Shown piece by piece: positions 37,481-47,961 of a stretch of 64,000 nucleotides of DNA. Origin of the DNA: Patescibacteria group bacterium (GTDB lineage Bacteria > Patescibacteriota > Microgenomatia > UBA12405); the NCBI GenBank assembly GCA_018902845.1, contig JAHIPV010000013.1:82766-146765 (forward strand), in the 5' to 3' direction. The first letter of the stretch is position 1; every line of letters begins with the position of its first letter. The position numbers and the translations under genes are program-made. Below the pieces are notes generated by a model that was given only the letters and a program-made list of their open reading frames with translations, did not search any database and was not told where the DNA came from.

Positions 37481-38173
37481 ATGTTAAAAAAATCAAAAAA
37501 ACTTATTCTGCCCATTTTGGCAGTCGTCTTCTTTTCAGTCATAGCTTCTTCTGTTATGGCGGTAGGGGACAAAGTTCAACAGGAAAATCGTGGAGGTAGT
37601 GAAAATGCTCAAGGCCCAGGTAATGATAGTGCCGATGATATCGGTAACGAAGATGGTCGTCAAGAAAGTAGGGGTTCAGGCGATCCAACCATGGGTGCCC
37701 CAGCAAACATTAGTAAAGAAACAAGGGAGCATGTTAATGTTGTTGCCCAGGAAGTTGAGAATCTACTTACCATCGAGAGTGCAGACGATGCTGACAATCA
37801 AGGAATTGGTCCGCAGGTTAAATTGATTGCCCAAGAGCAAAAAAGAATTCAAGAGCAAATCAAAACTCAGCTAAACAAGCTGGAAGCCAGACAAGGCTTG
37901 GCAAAAAAGCTTTTTGGCCCTGATTATGGTGCTATAAAGACCATGAACAAATTAATGGAAACCAATCGGGAAAAGCTTGGAGCCTTGACTCAGCTACAGA
38001 CTCAAGTACAAAGTCAAACAGCCAATCAAGGTGCTGACACACAGTTTAAGACAGCCATGCAGACAGCTCTGCAAGGCATGAGTCAGCAAAATACTGCTCT
38101 ACAAGAACAGGTACAAGCGGAACAGCAAACAAAAAGTATGTTTGGCTGGCTTTTCAGGTTTTTCGCTAAGTAA
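37481..38173 (+). CDS. Secreted coiled-coil hypothetical protein
   Basis: Signal peptide; GIGPQV..IAQEQ, LFGPDY, S.FGWLF. Confidence 0.75.
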   Translation: MLKKSKKLILPILAVVFFSVIASSVMAVGDKVQQENRGGSENAQGPGNDSADDIGNEDGRQESRGSGDPTMGAPANISKETREHVNVVAQEVENLLTIESADDADNQGIGPQVKLIAQEQKRIQEQIKTQLNKLEARQGLAKKLFGPDYGAIKTMNKLMETNREKLGALTQLQTQVQSQTANQGADTQFKTAMQTALQGMSQQNTALQEQVQAEQQTKSMFGWLFRFFAK

Positions 38174-38195
38174 AATTTAATTCGATTTTTACAAA

Positions 38196-38227
38196 ACAAA
38201 GCGGGCTCACGCCCGCTTTGTTTTTCT
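38196..38227 (+). terminator. Intrinsic terminator
   Basis: ACAAAGCGGGC-TCAC-GCCCGCTTTGT followed by a T tract. Confidence 0.85.
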
Positions 38228-38598
38228 CCTCCTGCGGTAAATTTGCTAGCAATATAAGATATTCTCCTCTTGACAATTTTCACACCCCGCCATATTATTC
38301 TTTACAGATGAATTATCACTATATTTTTTATTTTCATCAAAATAAAAACTGGAACGGAAATTCATTGGAACATTAATCCTCCACCAACTGGGGGATTTTT
38401 TTTGTTCTACCGCCCCACCATTAATAAAAACCTGCGTAGCCGAGTTTGACTCGGTCATTGCGAGGATCCGCCAGCTGGCGGAGACGTGGCAATCCCGCTG
38501 TGCCTCGCCGTAGCTTTATGCAAAGGCGGGTCTCAAGTCTACATTGTTTATAATTAATTAAATTATATAAAAGGAGGTGAAAATTTAAAAAATAAAAT

Positions 38599-39744
38599 AT
38601 GCGAAAAATATTAAAAAGTTTATTAGTTCTTGCATTAGTAGCAGGTTCGGTTTATGGTATCGCCCAATCCGGCGCTTGGTTTACTGATGAAGAAAATATT
38701 CCAGGTAACAATATTCATGCCGGTACTATTGATATCACCGCTGGTTTGGTTAACGGTGCAGAAACTTTCACCATTGCTGACATGAAGCCATCAACTGTCC
38801 ACTATATGCAGATGGAAATTAAAAATGTTGGTGAAAACGAAGCCGATGTCTGGAAAAGATTGGTTATAGATCGAGAAAACTATTCTGACGGTTTAACGCC
38901 GGAATCAGAACCAGCCGGATCAGATAACAATATTGGCGGAGTAATTCGCTATGACATGCAAATTGACGGAGATGTTTTGATAAGTGAAAGCGATGGCTTT
39001 GTTTTAGATGACAATCCTATACCGGAGCATTTGCTTGGTGTACCAATCAATGGTTTTTGGATGTATTTGGGTCGTTTATTGCCACAAGAAATCATGGCAG
39101 TTGACCAAAGTTACCACATGGACGGCACAACCGGAAACTGGGCCCAGGGCGACGAAATGACTTTTGATGTTGAACTATTTGCTCAACAAATTGTTGGCGG
39201 TGCTCCTTCACCGGATGGTGAATTGGCCGGCCTGACTCGTTGTCAAAATGGTGATAGTCTGGAAATGTACAATATTGGCACAGGAGAAGATACTAGTCAT
39301 AACCTGCTAGGTTGGAGTAACGCATGGACAGAGGCGTGGGGTGGAGGCTATGGTGGTAGAGACGATGGCTCTTTCCGTCTTCTTACTGGTCCAGGTGACA
39401 GTTGTGACGCTGGTTACGAATCTGCCGAATTTACCATGCACGCAGGCACAGATTATGGAGTTCAATTGACCCTAAACCATCTTGACGGATCTCAAGACGA
39501 CAGTTTTGACCTCTATGTCAAGATTGCAGGTATTTGGACAAAATTCGGTCATTATCAAGCTTTGTTAGGTGGAGAAAATTGGGTAACCACTACCTTCAAT
39601 CTTCCACAGCCAGTTACGGGTAATGTTGAGTTCAAGCTAGTTGCTACTCAGCCAAACGATTCTTGGTGTGCCACTTGGGGGCAAGTTGCCTTCAGTTGGG
39701 CTGAACTACTACACAGTACTTGTCCAACACCAACACCGGATTGA
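38599..39744 (+). CDS. TasA/CalY (camelysin-like) protein with SipW-type signal peptide
   Basis: SGAWFTDEE....N.I.AGTID; GNWAQGD..TFD; strong SD AAGGAGGTG. Confidence 0.85.
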   Translation: MRKILKSLLVLALVAGSVYGIAQSGAWFTDEENIPGNNIHAGTIDITAGLVNGAETFTIADMKPSTVHYMQMEIKNVGENEADVWKRLVIDRENYSDGLTPESEPAGSDNNIGGVIRYDMQIDGDVLISESDGFVLDDNPIPEHLLGVPINGFWMYLGRLLPQEIMAVDQSYHMDGTTGNWAQGDEMTFDVELFAQQIVGGAPSPDGELAGLTRCQNGDSLEMYNIGTGEDTSHNLLGWSNAWTEAWGGGYGGRDDGSFRLLTGPGDSCDAGYESAEFTMHAGTDYGVQLTLNHLDGSQDDSFDLYVKIAGIWTKFGHYQALLGGENWVTTTFNLPQPVTGNVEFKLVATQPNDSWCATWGQVAFSWAELLHSTCPTPTPD

Positions 39745-39823
39745 CAATAGGTGTTGCTTTGGATTTGTCTGATAGTGGTTTGGAATGCGCATCCAAACCA
39801 CTATCATGAGTAGTGTTATGACA

Positions 39824-40486
39824 ATGAAACTAAAAAAAATATTAAATATCTTTACTGCCTTAACCCAGCTACTATTAATACTATTAATAATACTAACTCT
39901 GGCCGTTACATTTTTATCCCGTCGCGGAATATCTAACCTTAGAGCCTTTGTAATTTCTACCGGTTCCATGGGTACCTCAATTCCCGCCGGCTCTCTTATC
40001 ATTACCCAGCCCCAAGATTCTTATCAAAAAGATGACATTATTACTTATTACACTAACGATTCTAACGGCAACCGCCAAAAACTGCCCACCACTCACCGCC
40101 TAGTCGAAGTAAAACAGGGCGAAAATTTAGGCTATCAAACCAAAGGTGATGGCAATCAAACTGTCGATCCATTTATCACTCCAGCCAAAAGTCTTATCGG
40201 TAAAGTAATTTTCCACTTGCCTTTTTTTGGTTATTTTAGTAATTTTGCCCAAAGCAGAAACGGATTTATATTCCTAATAGTCATCCCTGCTACTATTCTT
40301 ATATACGGTGAAATCAATACTATTTTTAAAGAAATTAATAAATTAATTAAAAAGAAAAAAGTAGGGGCGACCCTTGCGGTCGCCCGCAAGAAACATCTGT
40401 CATCACGAGGATCCGCCAACTGGCGGAGACGTGGTGATCCCGTCGGGATTGCCACATCCTCCGATAAATCGGAGTCTTCGCAATGA
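39824..40486 (+). CDS. sipW: SipW-type signal peptidase I with repeat-derived C-terminal tail
   Basis: TGSM, DIITY, TTHR, TKGDGN...D, GKV...LP..GY. Confidence 0.88.
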   Translation: MKLKKILNIFTALTQLLLILLIILTLAVTFLSRRGISNLRAFVISTGSMGTSIPAGSLIITQPQDSYQKDDIITYYTNDSNGNRQKLPTTHRLVEVKQGENLGYQTKGDGNQTVDPFITPAKSLIGKVIFHLPFFGYFSNFAQSRNGFIFLIVIPATILIYGEINTIFKEINKLIKKKKVGATLAVARKKHLSSRGSANWRRRGDPVGIATSSDKSESSQ

Positions 40487-40496
40487 CAAACATAAA

Positions 40497-43130
40497 ATGA
40501 AATTAAAAAAATTATTATTTTTACTAACTCTCACTCTCCTCTTTTGGGGCGGGGGAGTATCACCGGCTTTTGCCTATCTTGATGACACGGAAGAAAGTTT
40601 AAACAATCAGCTTAATTCCGCCGTTCTTGACTTGGAAGTCAGCTCAGATTCAGATTTTTCTAGTGGTGTTATCCCTGATCGTCTCACCCCTGATCAAGAC
40701 AGCAGCAGAAATATAGATCTATCAAAAACAACCATCAGTATTCCTCTTTGGCACAAAGTTTCTTATCAGGCCGTCGGCGCTACCGATTCTTATCCGGATC
40801 TTTGCAACGCTATCAATCTAAACACGTTTTACGACGCTACACCAAAATACACCGGTCCCCTTTCAGCTCTTTCCGATTTTACCGATGCCGATTTTTTCAT
40901 CGATTCCTCCACTCCTCAGCATTTTGTCTACAGCTTATCTCTTGGCACAACCGACCCCGATTTGCAAAATCGGACTTGCAAATTCAATTTGGTTTTTTCC
41001 GCCTGGCAGGAATTAAGCGATGGCACTTGGGGATTTGTTGATGAGGAAATTCTAGAAAATACAATTAGTTCCGGCGATTGGCAAAATCCACTTTCTGCTA
41101 TCACCGCAACTTTTAGTTCCGACGCCCAATCTGGTTTGCCTCTTATCATAGGCTACACCGCCAGTGACAATATTGATATTGACTATGTCCAGCTTTGCTA
41201 TTCTTTTGATCTAAACGATTGGAATTGCGACGATCCCAACTTAACAGATATTCCCAGTTCCCCCGGCTCTTTTAACTTCAACGCGCCGGAGGGAGACGGT
41301 CTTTATTATTTTGCCACTATTGCCTACGACAAAGAAGGCAATCAAGAAAACAAAGATTTACCGGACCCGGAAACCATTGGCCCCTTTGATTTTTACTCAG
41401 TTCAAATTGATACCCAAAACCCATACACTGTTTTATCTTTAGGCGAATTTGGCGACACAAGAAACGCCCAGGGAGATCAGCTCAATAATGGTAATTTTGA
41501 CAACGATTCTTTTTGGACTTGGGCAGGAGCCGGCCAACATCAATTGGTTAATAATACCGATCTTTCCGCAACTTCAATTGAGGTCAAAAGTCCCGATAAC
41601 TCCGCCTTGGTTGGCTGGCTAAACGACCCCGTCGGCACCGGTGGTCAGGATTACACCTATCAAATTTTAACCTTACCGGCTGATACACCCTCGACTCTAT
41701 CATTTTGGTATCGGGTAGTCGGCGGTGATCATGTCGACAACGATTATTTTCAGGCCACTATCATAGATGACAACAATCCTTCCGGCAACGAGACTATTAT
41801 TACTACCGGTTCTGATGAAATTGGCGGTTGGTACGATGACACTTATTGGCAAGAAATCACTCATTCCTTATCCGGCTGGAGCGGACAGAGCATCCGTCTT
41901 CATTTTTCTGTTGACAATAATCCTTCATCAAACACTTTTGCCCTGATAGACAATGTCAGAGTTACCGCTTCTCCTAATTATATTAATATCAACAATCAAA
42001 TAGTTCTAAACAGCAATGACACCGGTGCCGGAGTAGAAAAAACTTTTTATAAAACAGGTACAAATGCTTGGCAGGAATATTCGACTTCATTTAATCTGGC
42101 CAGTCAAGGGGTTAATACCAGTGATACTGTTTTGTTGTCCTATTATTCTACCGATTTAGTGGGAAACACCGAAACTGTCAGAACCATAGAATTAACAGCC
42201 TTTGGTGAAATCGAAACTCCACCCCAGCCCCAAGCTCAAATCACAGTATTTAGTCCCATGGTCCAAACATTCACGCCAATTTTATTAACAAAAGCCGAAG
42301 ATCCTAATCAGGACAGAATATTAATAACCGCATTTATACCGCAACCAAAATTTCATATGAATGAACTGGTTTGGCTAAAAAACACCCAAAGCTCTCCCGA
42401 TCTCAAAGCCGGTGACAATCCGTCCGATGACAAATTCCAGCCTGTTGATATAACAGAATGGCAAATTTGCCACACTGATTCATCACTGCCAAAGTATGAT
42501 GAAAATAACCAGGAGCAATACAACCCAACTCCGACTCCGGATGAATGTGTCAAAATTGAACCAAAGCTAAATCCGGATCAAGATCCCGATGACAAAAAAA
42601 CAGAAATTCCAACCGAAAAAGAGATTATACTTATTGCTGATTTCAAGCTAGACGATGACAAAGACACTATTTTCCTGCTCGACAAAGACAACAACATAAT
42701 TGACCAATACTCCTATGAATACAAAGAAGACAACACCGATCCGAAAAAAAACCATCTTTTCACTCGTGACCCGAATGATGATTACTCTTGGAAAGATCCG
42801 GAACAAAAAGATAACCTTTTGGAATATTATCTCTATTCATCTCTAAATCAGGACAAAGATACTGTTAATTTCAAGCTCTACGGTATGCCGGACAAAGATT
42901 CCTACCAACTAGAACTGCTTTATTTGTCAGAAAAACTGGAAAAAGGTGTTTATACTTTTCATGATTTTGATTCCAATGATCCGGATATAATTAAAGAAGA
43001 CATGTTTATGGGAACCTGCTCTACCGATGGCCTCGTCTGCACTCCAGACCCTCTTATAACTAATATCAATTACATCTTCACCCTCCACCAAGGAGAAAAC
43101 AACCAAATTTTAAAAAATGAAATCAATTAA
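40497..43130 (+). CDS. Large secreted protein with SipW-type signal peptide
   Basis: AFAYLDDTEES..N...A..LD N-terminus; beta-rich acidic domains. Confidence 0.8.
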   Translation: MKLKKLLFLLTLTLLFWGGGVSPAFAYLDDTEESLNNQLNSAVLDLEVSSDSDFSSGVIPDRLTPDQDSSRNIDLSKTTISIPLWHKVSYQAVGATDSYPDLCNAINLNTFYDATPKYTGPLSALSDFTDADFFIDSSTPQHFVYSLSLGTTDPDLQNRTCKFNLVFSAWQELSDGTWGFVDEEILENTISSGDWQNPLSAITATFSSDAQSGLPLIIGYTASDNIDIDYVQLCYSFDLNDWNCDDPNLTDIPSSPGSFNFNAPEGDGLYYFATIAYDKEGNQENKDLPDPETIGPFDFYSVQIDTQNPYTVLSLGEFGDTRNAQGDQLNNGNFDNDSFWTWAGAGQHQLVNNTDLSATSIEVKSPDNSALVGWLNDPVGTGGQDYTYQILTLPADTPSTLSFWYRVVGGDHVDNDYFQATIIDDNNPSGNETIITTGSDEIGGWYDDTYWQEITHSLSGWSGQSIRLHFSVDNNPSSNTFALIDNVRVTASPNYININNQIVLNSNDTGAGVEKTFYKTGTNAWQEYSTSFNLASQGVNTSDTVLLSYYSTDLVGNTETVRTIELTAFGEIETPPQPQAQITVFSPMVQTFTPILLTKAEDPNQDRILITAFIPQPKFHMNELVWLKNTQSSPDLKAGDNPSDDKFQPVDITEWQICHTDSSLPKYDENNQEQYNPTPTPDECVKIEPKLNPDQDPDDKKTEIPTEKEIILIADFKLDDDKDTIFLLDKDNNIIDQYSYEYKEDNTDPKKNHLFTRDPNDDYSWKDPEQKDNLLEYYLYSSLNQDKDTVNFKLYGMPDKDSYQLELLYLSEKLEKGVYTFHDFDSNDPDIIKEDMFMGTCSTDGLVCTPDPLITNINYIFTLHQGENNQILKNEIN

Positions 43131-43347
43131 CAACCTTGTCATTCCGACCAAAATGTAGGGGCGACCCTTGCGGTCGCCCGCAAAAAACAACAATGCTAAA
43201 AAAAATATTAACATCCGTCATCCTGAACTTGTTTCAGGATCCCATTGAGATTCTGAACTAAATTCAGAATGACGAATATATTAATTTAAAAAGTCTTGAA
43301 ATTATTTGGAAATTTAAATTTTAGATTTAACATCTAAATTTAACTTA

Positions 43348-44982
43348 ATGAAACTTAAAAATACATTATTACTAGCTTTATCATTCCTTTTTTTTGTAAA
43401 ACCTATTCTCGCCGGCAACGACTTAGCGGTCACTTGTTCCCAATCTGAAGAATTCGGTTTTTGTGACACCTCTCCCGCCAATATCCCTCTTTTTTCAGAA
43501 ACAGATGTAAAACCCGGTTTTAATTTTTACCAAAATATTACTGTTGATACTACTAGTTTAGAAGAAGAATTTTGCAATCTTACTATAGGCACTTCAAAAG
43601 TTAGTGATCCCTCTGGTCTTGGTGGAGTTTTAGTAAATCAACTTAGAAGAGATGGTTCAATTATTAAAGAATTTACCATCGCTGATTTATCGACCCCAAC
43701 ATTTTTAGAAACAATTCCCAATAATTCTACCTATATTTACAACTGGAAAATGACCATGAAAGAAAACGCCGGCAATGAATTTCAAGGTCAAAATCTTTCT
43801 TTTGATCTTCTACTCAATTTTTCCTGTGGCCAAGAACCGGAGCCAACCCTCACTCCCACTCCAGTCATAAACCCGTCCGGAATAATCCTAAACGAACTCA
43901 TGCCAGCCCCGTCAGACAATCAAGAATGGTTTGAAATTTATAATACCAACAATTTTGCTGTTATCTTAGAAAATTGGCAATATGACGATCTTGATGCTAT
44001 TAGCAGTGGAGCAGTCAGAAATTTACCAATCATTAATATTCCCGCTTTTGGTTTTTATGTTATCCAAGCCGGTGGCAGTTATTTTAACAATGGTGGCGAT
44101 TTTGTCAGATTAATAAACCAAGATGGGATTGAAGTCGATTCTTTTGACTATACTAGTTATTCTTATATTTTTAGTTGGTCACGCCAGCCCGACAATTCCT
44201 GGTGTCTTACCGATCCAACCAAAGACGATGCCAACAATCTTTGTCCCAGCGACGACGGCCCAACTCCCACCTCACCCCCATCACCTCCAACCTGCGATGA
44301 TGAAAAACCCAACACTCCTACCGGTTTGTTTGCCACCGATATAGGTAACGGCCAAGTTTCTTTAATTTGGAATCCTGTCGTTACACCACCGCCATTTACT
44401 TACTATCTTTTGGCCTACGGCCCATCTCCCGGTAATTACATTTATGGCAATCCTAATGTTGGCTCCAACAATTCCTACATTGTTTCCGGCTTAACAACCG
44501 GTGCTCAATATTGTTTTTATGTCAAAGCCATAAACAATTGCATGCCAGGTGATCCTTCCAACGAATCGTGTATAAATATTGGTTCAACAACTCCTATATT
44601 AGAAACTACCCCTCCTGAAGGATTTGTAGAGGGAGTTTTGGGGGAAGAAACAGAAGAGACGGAAGGGGAGGTTGAGGGCTTGGTTGGTGGTAATGTTGAA
44701 GGTGTTTCTGAATGTGAAAAATATTGGCTTCCGATTCTTTATCTGGTGGCATTTTTTATCAACATAATTTACATGAATAGACAGGCGTCCAAAAAGCCCT
44801 ATAATCGTTCTTCCTTGCGCCATATTGTACCCTTGCTTCTACCGGTTCTAGCTTTCTTTGTTGATACATACATACTAAAAACCCGCTGTTGCAAAGTCGC
44901 CCTTTGGTATTGCAAATATTTTTGGATCGGCAACATCCTCTCCCTATTTGTTCCTGTTTACTATTACAATAAGACCAAATAA
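43348..44982 (+). CDS. Secreted lamin-tail + fibronectin type III protein with C-terminal TM helices
   Basis: LNELMPAP...EWFEIYN; SLIW...Y.L.YG...Y.V.GL..G..Y.F.V.AIN.C. Confidence 0.85.
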   Translation: MKLKNTLLLALSFLFFVKPILAGNDLAVTCSQSEEFGFCDTSPANIPLFSETDVKPGFNFYQNITVDTTSLEEEFCNLTIGTSKVSDPSGLGGVLVNQLRRDGSIIKEFTIADLSTPTFLETIPNNSTYIYNWKMTMKENAGNEFQGQNLSFDLLLNFSCGQEPEPTLTPTPVINPSGIILNELMPAPSDNQEWFEIYNTNNFAVILENWQYDDLDAISSGAVRNLPIINIPAFGFYVIQAGGSYFNNGGDFVRLINQDGIEVDSFDYTSYSYIFSWSRQPDNSWCLTDPTKDDANNLCPSDDGPTPTSPPSPPTCDDEKPNTPTGLFATDIGNGQVSLIWNPVVTPPPFTYYLLAYGPSPGNYIYGNPNVGSNNSYIVSGLTTGAQYCFYVKAINNCMPGDPSNESCINIGSTTPILETTPPEGFVEGVLGEETEETEGEVEGLVGGNVEGVSECEKYWLPILYLVAFFINIIYMNRQASKKPYNRSSLRHIVPLLLPVLAFFVDTYILKTRCCKVALWYCKYFWIGNILSLFVPVYYYNKTK

Positions 44983-44983
44983 G

Positions 44984-45095
44984 TGCCAATCTAGGGATTT
45001 GCACCCTAGGCGGACAACTCAACCTACTAAAAGTAGCTATCTTGTCATCGAAGGTCTTAAGCCCCTCATAGTGGATCTCCCACTACCTGCTTGGC
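44984..45095 (-). ncRNA. Non-canonical tRNA-Leu(TAA)-like RNA, 112 nt
   Basis: GCCAAGC/GATTGGC-A acceptor; TAGGG-TGCAAAT-CCCTA T-arm; CTTAAGA loop; 7-bp D-stem; ~40-nt variable arm. Confidence 0.6.
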
Positions 45096-45122
45096 TTGTT
45101 TCATATTTTATTTTTTTAATTT

Positions 45123-45422
45123 TTAAGGATATCTCCTCACTCTGTCGCGACTTGGTCTTCTACGGTCAGTATCGTGTAAAGTGCCAGGAACAACATCTCC
45201 TCCTTGATCCCTGTCCCAGCTTATTCTTCTAGGTGCTCTTCGATCATAAACCGTTGAATGACCTCCTCCACCGGGTCTTCGTTGTATATTAAACCCAAAA
45301 TCATCCTGCTGAAACGGATCGGGATCGCGATATAAGACCATATCATACAAAACAGGGTGAACTAAGGGTATAATAGAATCACTTCTACCTTCAAAAACTG
45401 CATGTAAATATGTTTCTAACAT
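45123..45422 (-). CDS. Hypothetical protein
   Basis: 99-aa ORF in the intergenic gap; no motif. Confidence 0.45.
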   Translation of the reverse strand: MLETYLHAVFEGRSDSIIPLVHPVLYDMVLYRDPDPFQQDDFGFNIQRRPGGGGHSTVYDRRAPRRISWDRDQGGDVVPGTLHDTDRRRPSRDRVRRYP

Positions 45423-45488
45423 TTTTGTTTAATAAATTAATAAATCTTACAACCTAGAATAACATAGAAACCATAGTAAACTTAACTC

Positions 45489-46613
45489 ATGAATAAATTT
45501 CTCTCTTTTTTAATCTTTCCAATTTTATTTCTCACTTGTTTTTTGTTTTTTACCCCAATCTCTCTCGCCCAATCATCGACTGAGGGTGAAAACATTATCG
45601 AAGCCAAAGTTATAGAGATATTGGAAGAAGGGGAAAGAGAAACTTTAGGGACCAAGCATATTTACCAGGAACTCAAGCTTGATGTTTACAAGGGAGATTT
45701 AAAGGGTGAACAAATAACCATAATAAACGGTGACTTGCCATTTGCAAATTTACAAAAATACAAAATCAATGATCGGCTTATTATTAATCATGGCACCGAT
45801 TTTGAGGGTAACCAATTTTTCCAAATTATCGACTATGTCCGTCGCGACAGCCTCTTGCTCCTCTTCATAATTTTTATGGCTGTTACTCTTTTTATCACCC
45901 GTTGGTATGGTTTTACTTCCATTCTTGGCATGTTTTTTTCATTTTTCGTTATTTTCAAACTTATTCTTCCGCAAATTATTGCAGGAACTAACCCCATATT
46001 AATTTCAATTTTAGCTTCAGTTATCATCATTCCCATTACTTTTTATCTTTCTCATGGTTTTAATGTCAAAACAAACGTAGCCATTATAAGCACTATTGTT
46101 TCCCTTGTGGTTACCGGTATTTTGGCCTATATTTTCATAGAGATCGGAAAACTTACAGGTTTTTCTTCCGAAGAAGCCGCTATTTTAAAAACAAATTTTG
46201 AAAATACCATCAGCATGAAAGGCTTAATTCTTTCCGGCATTATCTTGGCTTCTCTGGGAGCCCTAGATGATATTACCGTAGCTCAAGCATCTATTGTTAC
46301 GGAATTAGTCGATGCACACAATAATCCCAAATTTATAGATATTTATAAACACGCCATGTCTGTCGGTCGTGATCATATTAGTTCTATGGTCAACACCCTA
46401 ATTTTGGTTTATACCGGCGCTTCCTTGCCCTTGCTCTTACTATTCGTAAATAATCCCCATCCTTTTACTGAAATTATAAATTATGAATTCATTGCCGAAG
46501 AAATAATAAGAACCCTGGTAGCCAGTATCGGCCTGATTCTTTCCGTTCCCCTATCTACCGTTCTCGCCACTTTCCTCTTCTTAAAAAAAGCCAAACACAC
46601 ACCATCATCCTAA
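45489..46613 (+). CDS. YibE/F family membrane protein
   Basis: LGALDDITV.QAS, GRDHISSMVNTLILVYTGASLP. Confidence 0.92.
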   Translation: MNKFLSFLIFPILFLTCFLFFTPISLAQSSTEGENIIEAKVIEILEEGERETLGTKHIYQELKLDVYKGDLKGEQITIINGDLPFANLQKYKINDRLIINHGTDFEGNQFFQIIDYVRRDSLLLLFIIFMAVTLFITRWYGFTSILGMFFSFFVIFKLILPQIIAGTNPILISILASVIIIPITFYLSHGFNVKTNVAIISTIVSLVVTGILAYIFIEIGKLTGFSSEEAAILKTNFENTISMKGLILSGIILASLGALDDITVAQASIVTELVDAHNNPKFIDIYKHAMSVGRDHISSMVNTLILVYTGASLPLLLLFVNNPHPFTEIINYEFIAEEIIRTLVASIGLILSVPLSTVLATFLFLKKAKHTPSS

Positions 46614-46759
46614 AACCACATCCGTCATCCTGATCACCCGCAGGGGGAGAAGGATCTAGCAAAGCATTCTTCGTCACAGTCACCCGCAAATAAAATTTTA
46701 AATTTTATATTTGGAAATTTGAATTTTAGATTTTAGATTTTTATGTATATACTGATATT

Positions 46760-47626
46760 GTGAAACAAAAACTTTCGCTTCTGTTTATTCCTCAGGAAAA
46801 AAACAACTACAAATCGCTTTTGACCCATCCCAGTTTTTTGGGAATTTTTATTGCCGTCTATCTGCTCAACCAATCTCTTATCAGGTCCTTTACTATTCTT
46901 AAACCCGGTGTTTTGGGTTATTCGTCTGAAATTACAGTTCAAAAAGTTATTAAGCTAACCAATCAAGAAAGGCAAAAAAACGGCCTGCCCCAGCTTGTTT
47001 ATAACCAAGACTTAGCCAGCTCAGCTACCAATAAAGCCAAAGACATGTTCGCCTACAACTACTGGGCCCACAATTCCCCATCCGGCAAAACCCCTTGGGA
47101 TTTCTTTAAGGAAATAGGATATGACTATTCTACTGCCGGTGAAAATCTGGCCAAAGACTTTTATGATACCGATTCTATGGTCAAGGCCTGGATGAAATCT
47201 CCCACTCATCGGGACAATATCCTTCATGCCAAATACAAAGAAATTGGCATAGGGGTAGTTAACGGTACCTTAAACGGAGTAAAAACCACCCTAGTCGTTC
47301 AGCATTTTGGCTTGCCTCTTAATCTTGCTTCTGTTTCCAATCAACAAAATCCGCCCAATGATCTTAATTCAGAATCACCGGTTTTGACAGAAACTCAGCA
47401 AATTTTATCTCAAGAGAATTCAGCGCCTTTAATTAGCCCGCTTCAAATTAGTAAAACTTTGGGTATCATTATGTTTACAATACTGATTTTAGCCATGTTA
47501 ACAGACGGTTACATAACCATGAAAAACAAAACCAAGCGCCTGGCTGGTTCAGCTACTGGACACATTAGTTTTTTGGCCATTATTTTGATGTTATTACTTT
47601 TTAGCCAACAGGGGAGTATATTTTAA
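46760..47626 (+). CDS. CAP/SCP-domain membrane protein
   Basis: KAKDM....YWAH, AGENLA, WMKSPTHRDNIL. Confidence 0.92.
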   Translation: MKQKLSLLFIPQEKNNYKSLLTHPSFLGIFIAVYLLNQSLIRSFTILKPGVLGYSSEITVQKVIKLTNQERQKNGLPQLVYNQDLASSATNKAKDMFAYNYWAHNSPSGKTPWDFFKEIGYDYSTAGENLAKDFYDTDSMVKAWMKSPTHRDNILHAKYKEIGIGVVNGTLNGVKTTLVVQHFGLPLNLASVSNQQNPPNDLNSESPVLTETQQILSQENSAPLISPLQISKTLGIIMFTILILAMLTDGYITMKNKTKRLAGSATGHISFLAIILMLLLFSQQGSIF

Positions 47627-47691
47627 AACACCCCGTCATCCTGAGTCCGATTCATCGGACGAAGGATCTAGCGAAGCGTTTATAATAAACT

Positions 47692-47961
47692 ATGAAAACT
47701 GACATTTTAAAAGATCTAAAAAAAAATCCATTCGAATTTATTTTATTATTCCTCATTCTTTTAACCGGCGCTTTATTTTTTCTTTATTTCAGCTTTAATT
47801 CCCATTATCAGCGCCGGGTAATTTATGCCACTGGAGCCGCCTATTGTTTTTGGAGTTTAATTCACCATTACCGCCGTGGAGATTTACAACTTTCCATCGT
47901 AGTCGAATACATTCTCATCGCCCTTTTCGCCACCATCCTCCTCACCGGCACCTTGTTTTAG
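47692..47961 (+). CDS. Small membrane protein
   Basis: Three TM helices; W..IHH...GDL....VEY. Confidence 0.7.
   Translation: MKTDILKDLKKNPFEFILLFLILLTGALFFLYFSFNSHYQRRVIYATGAAYCFWSLIHHYRRGDLQLSIVVEYILIALFATILLTGTLF

Noticed and set aside
40374-40496. N-terminal extension of the 918-aa ORF
   Set aside because: Repeat-derived; the signal peptide begins at ATG 40497
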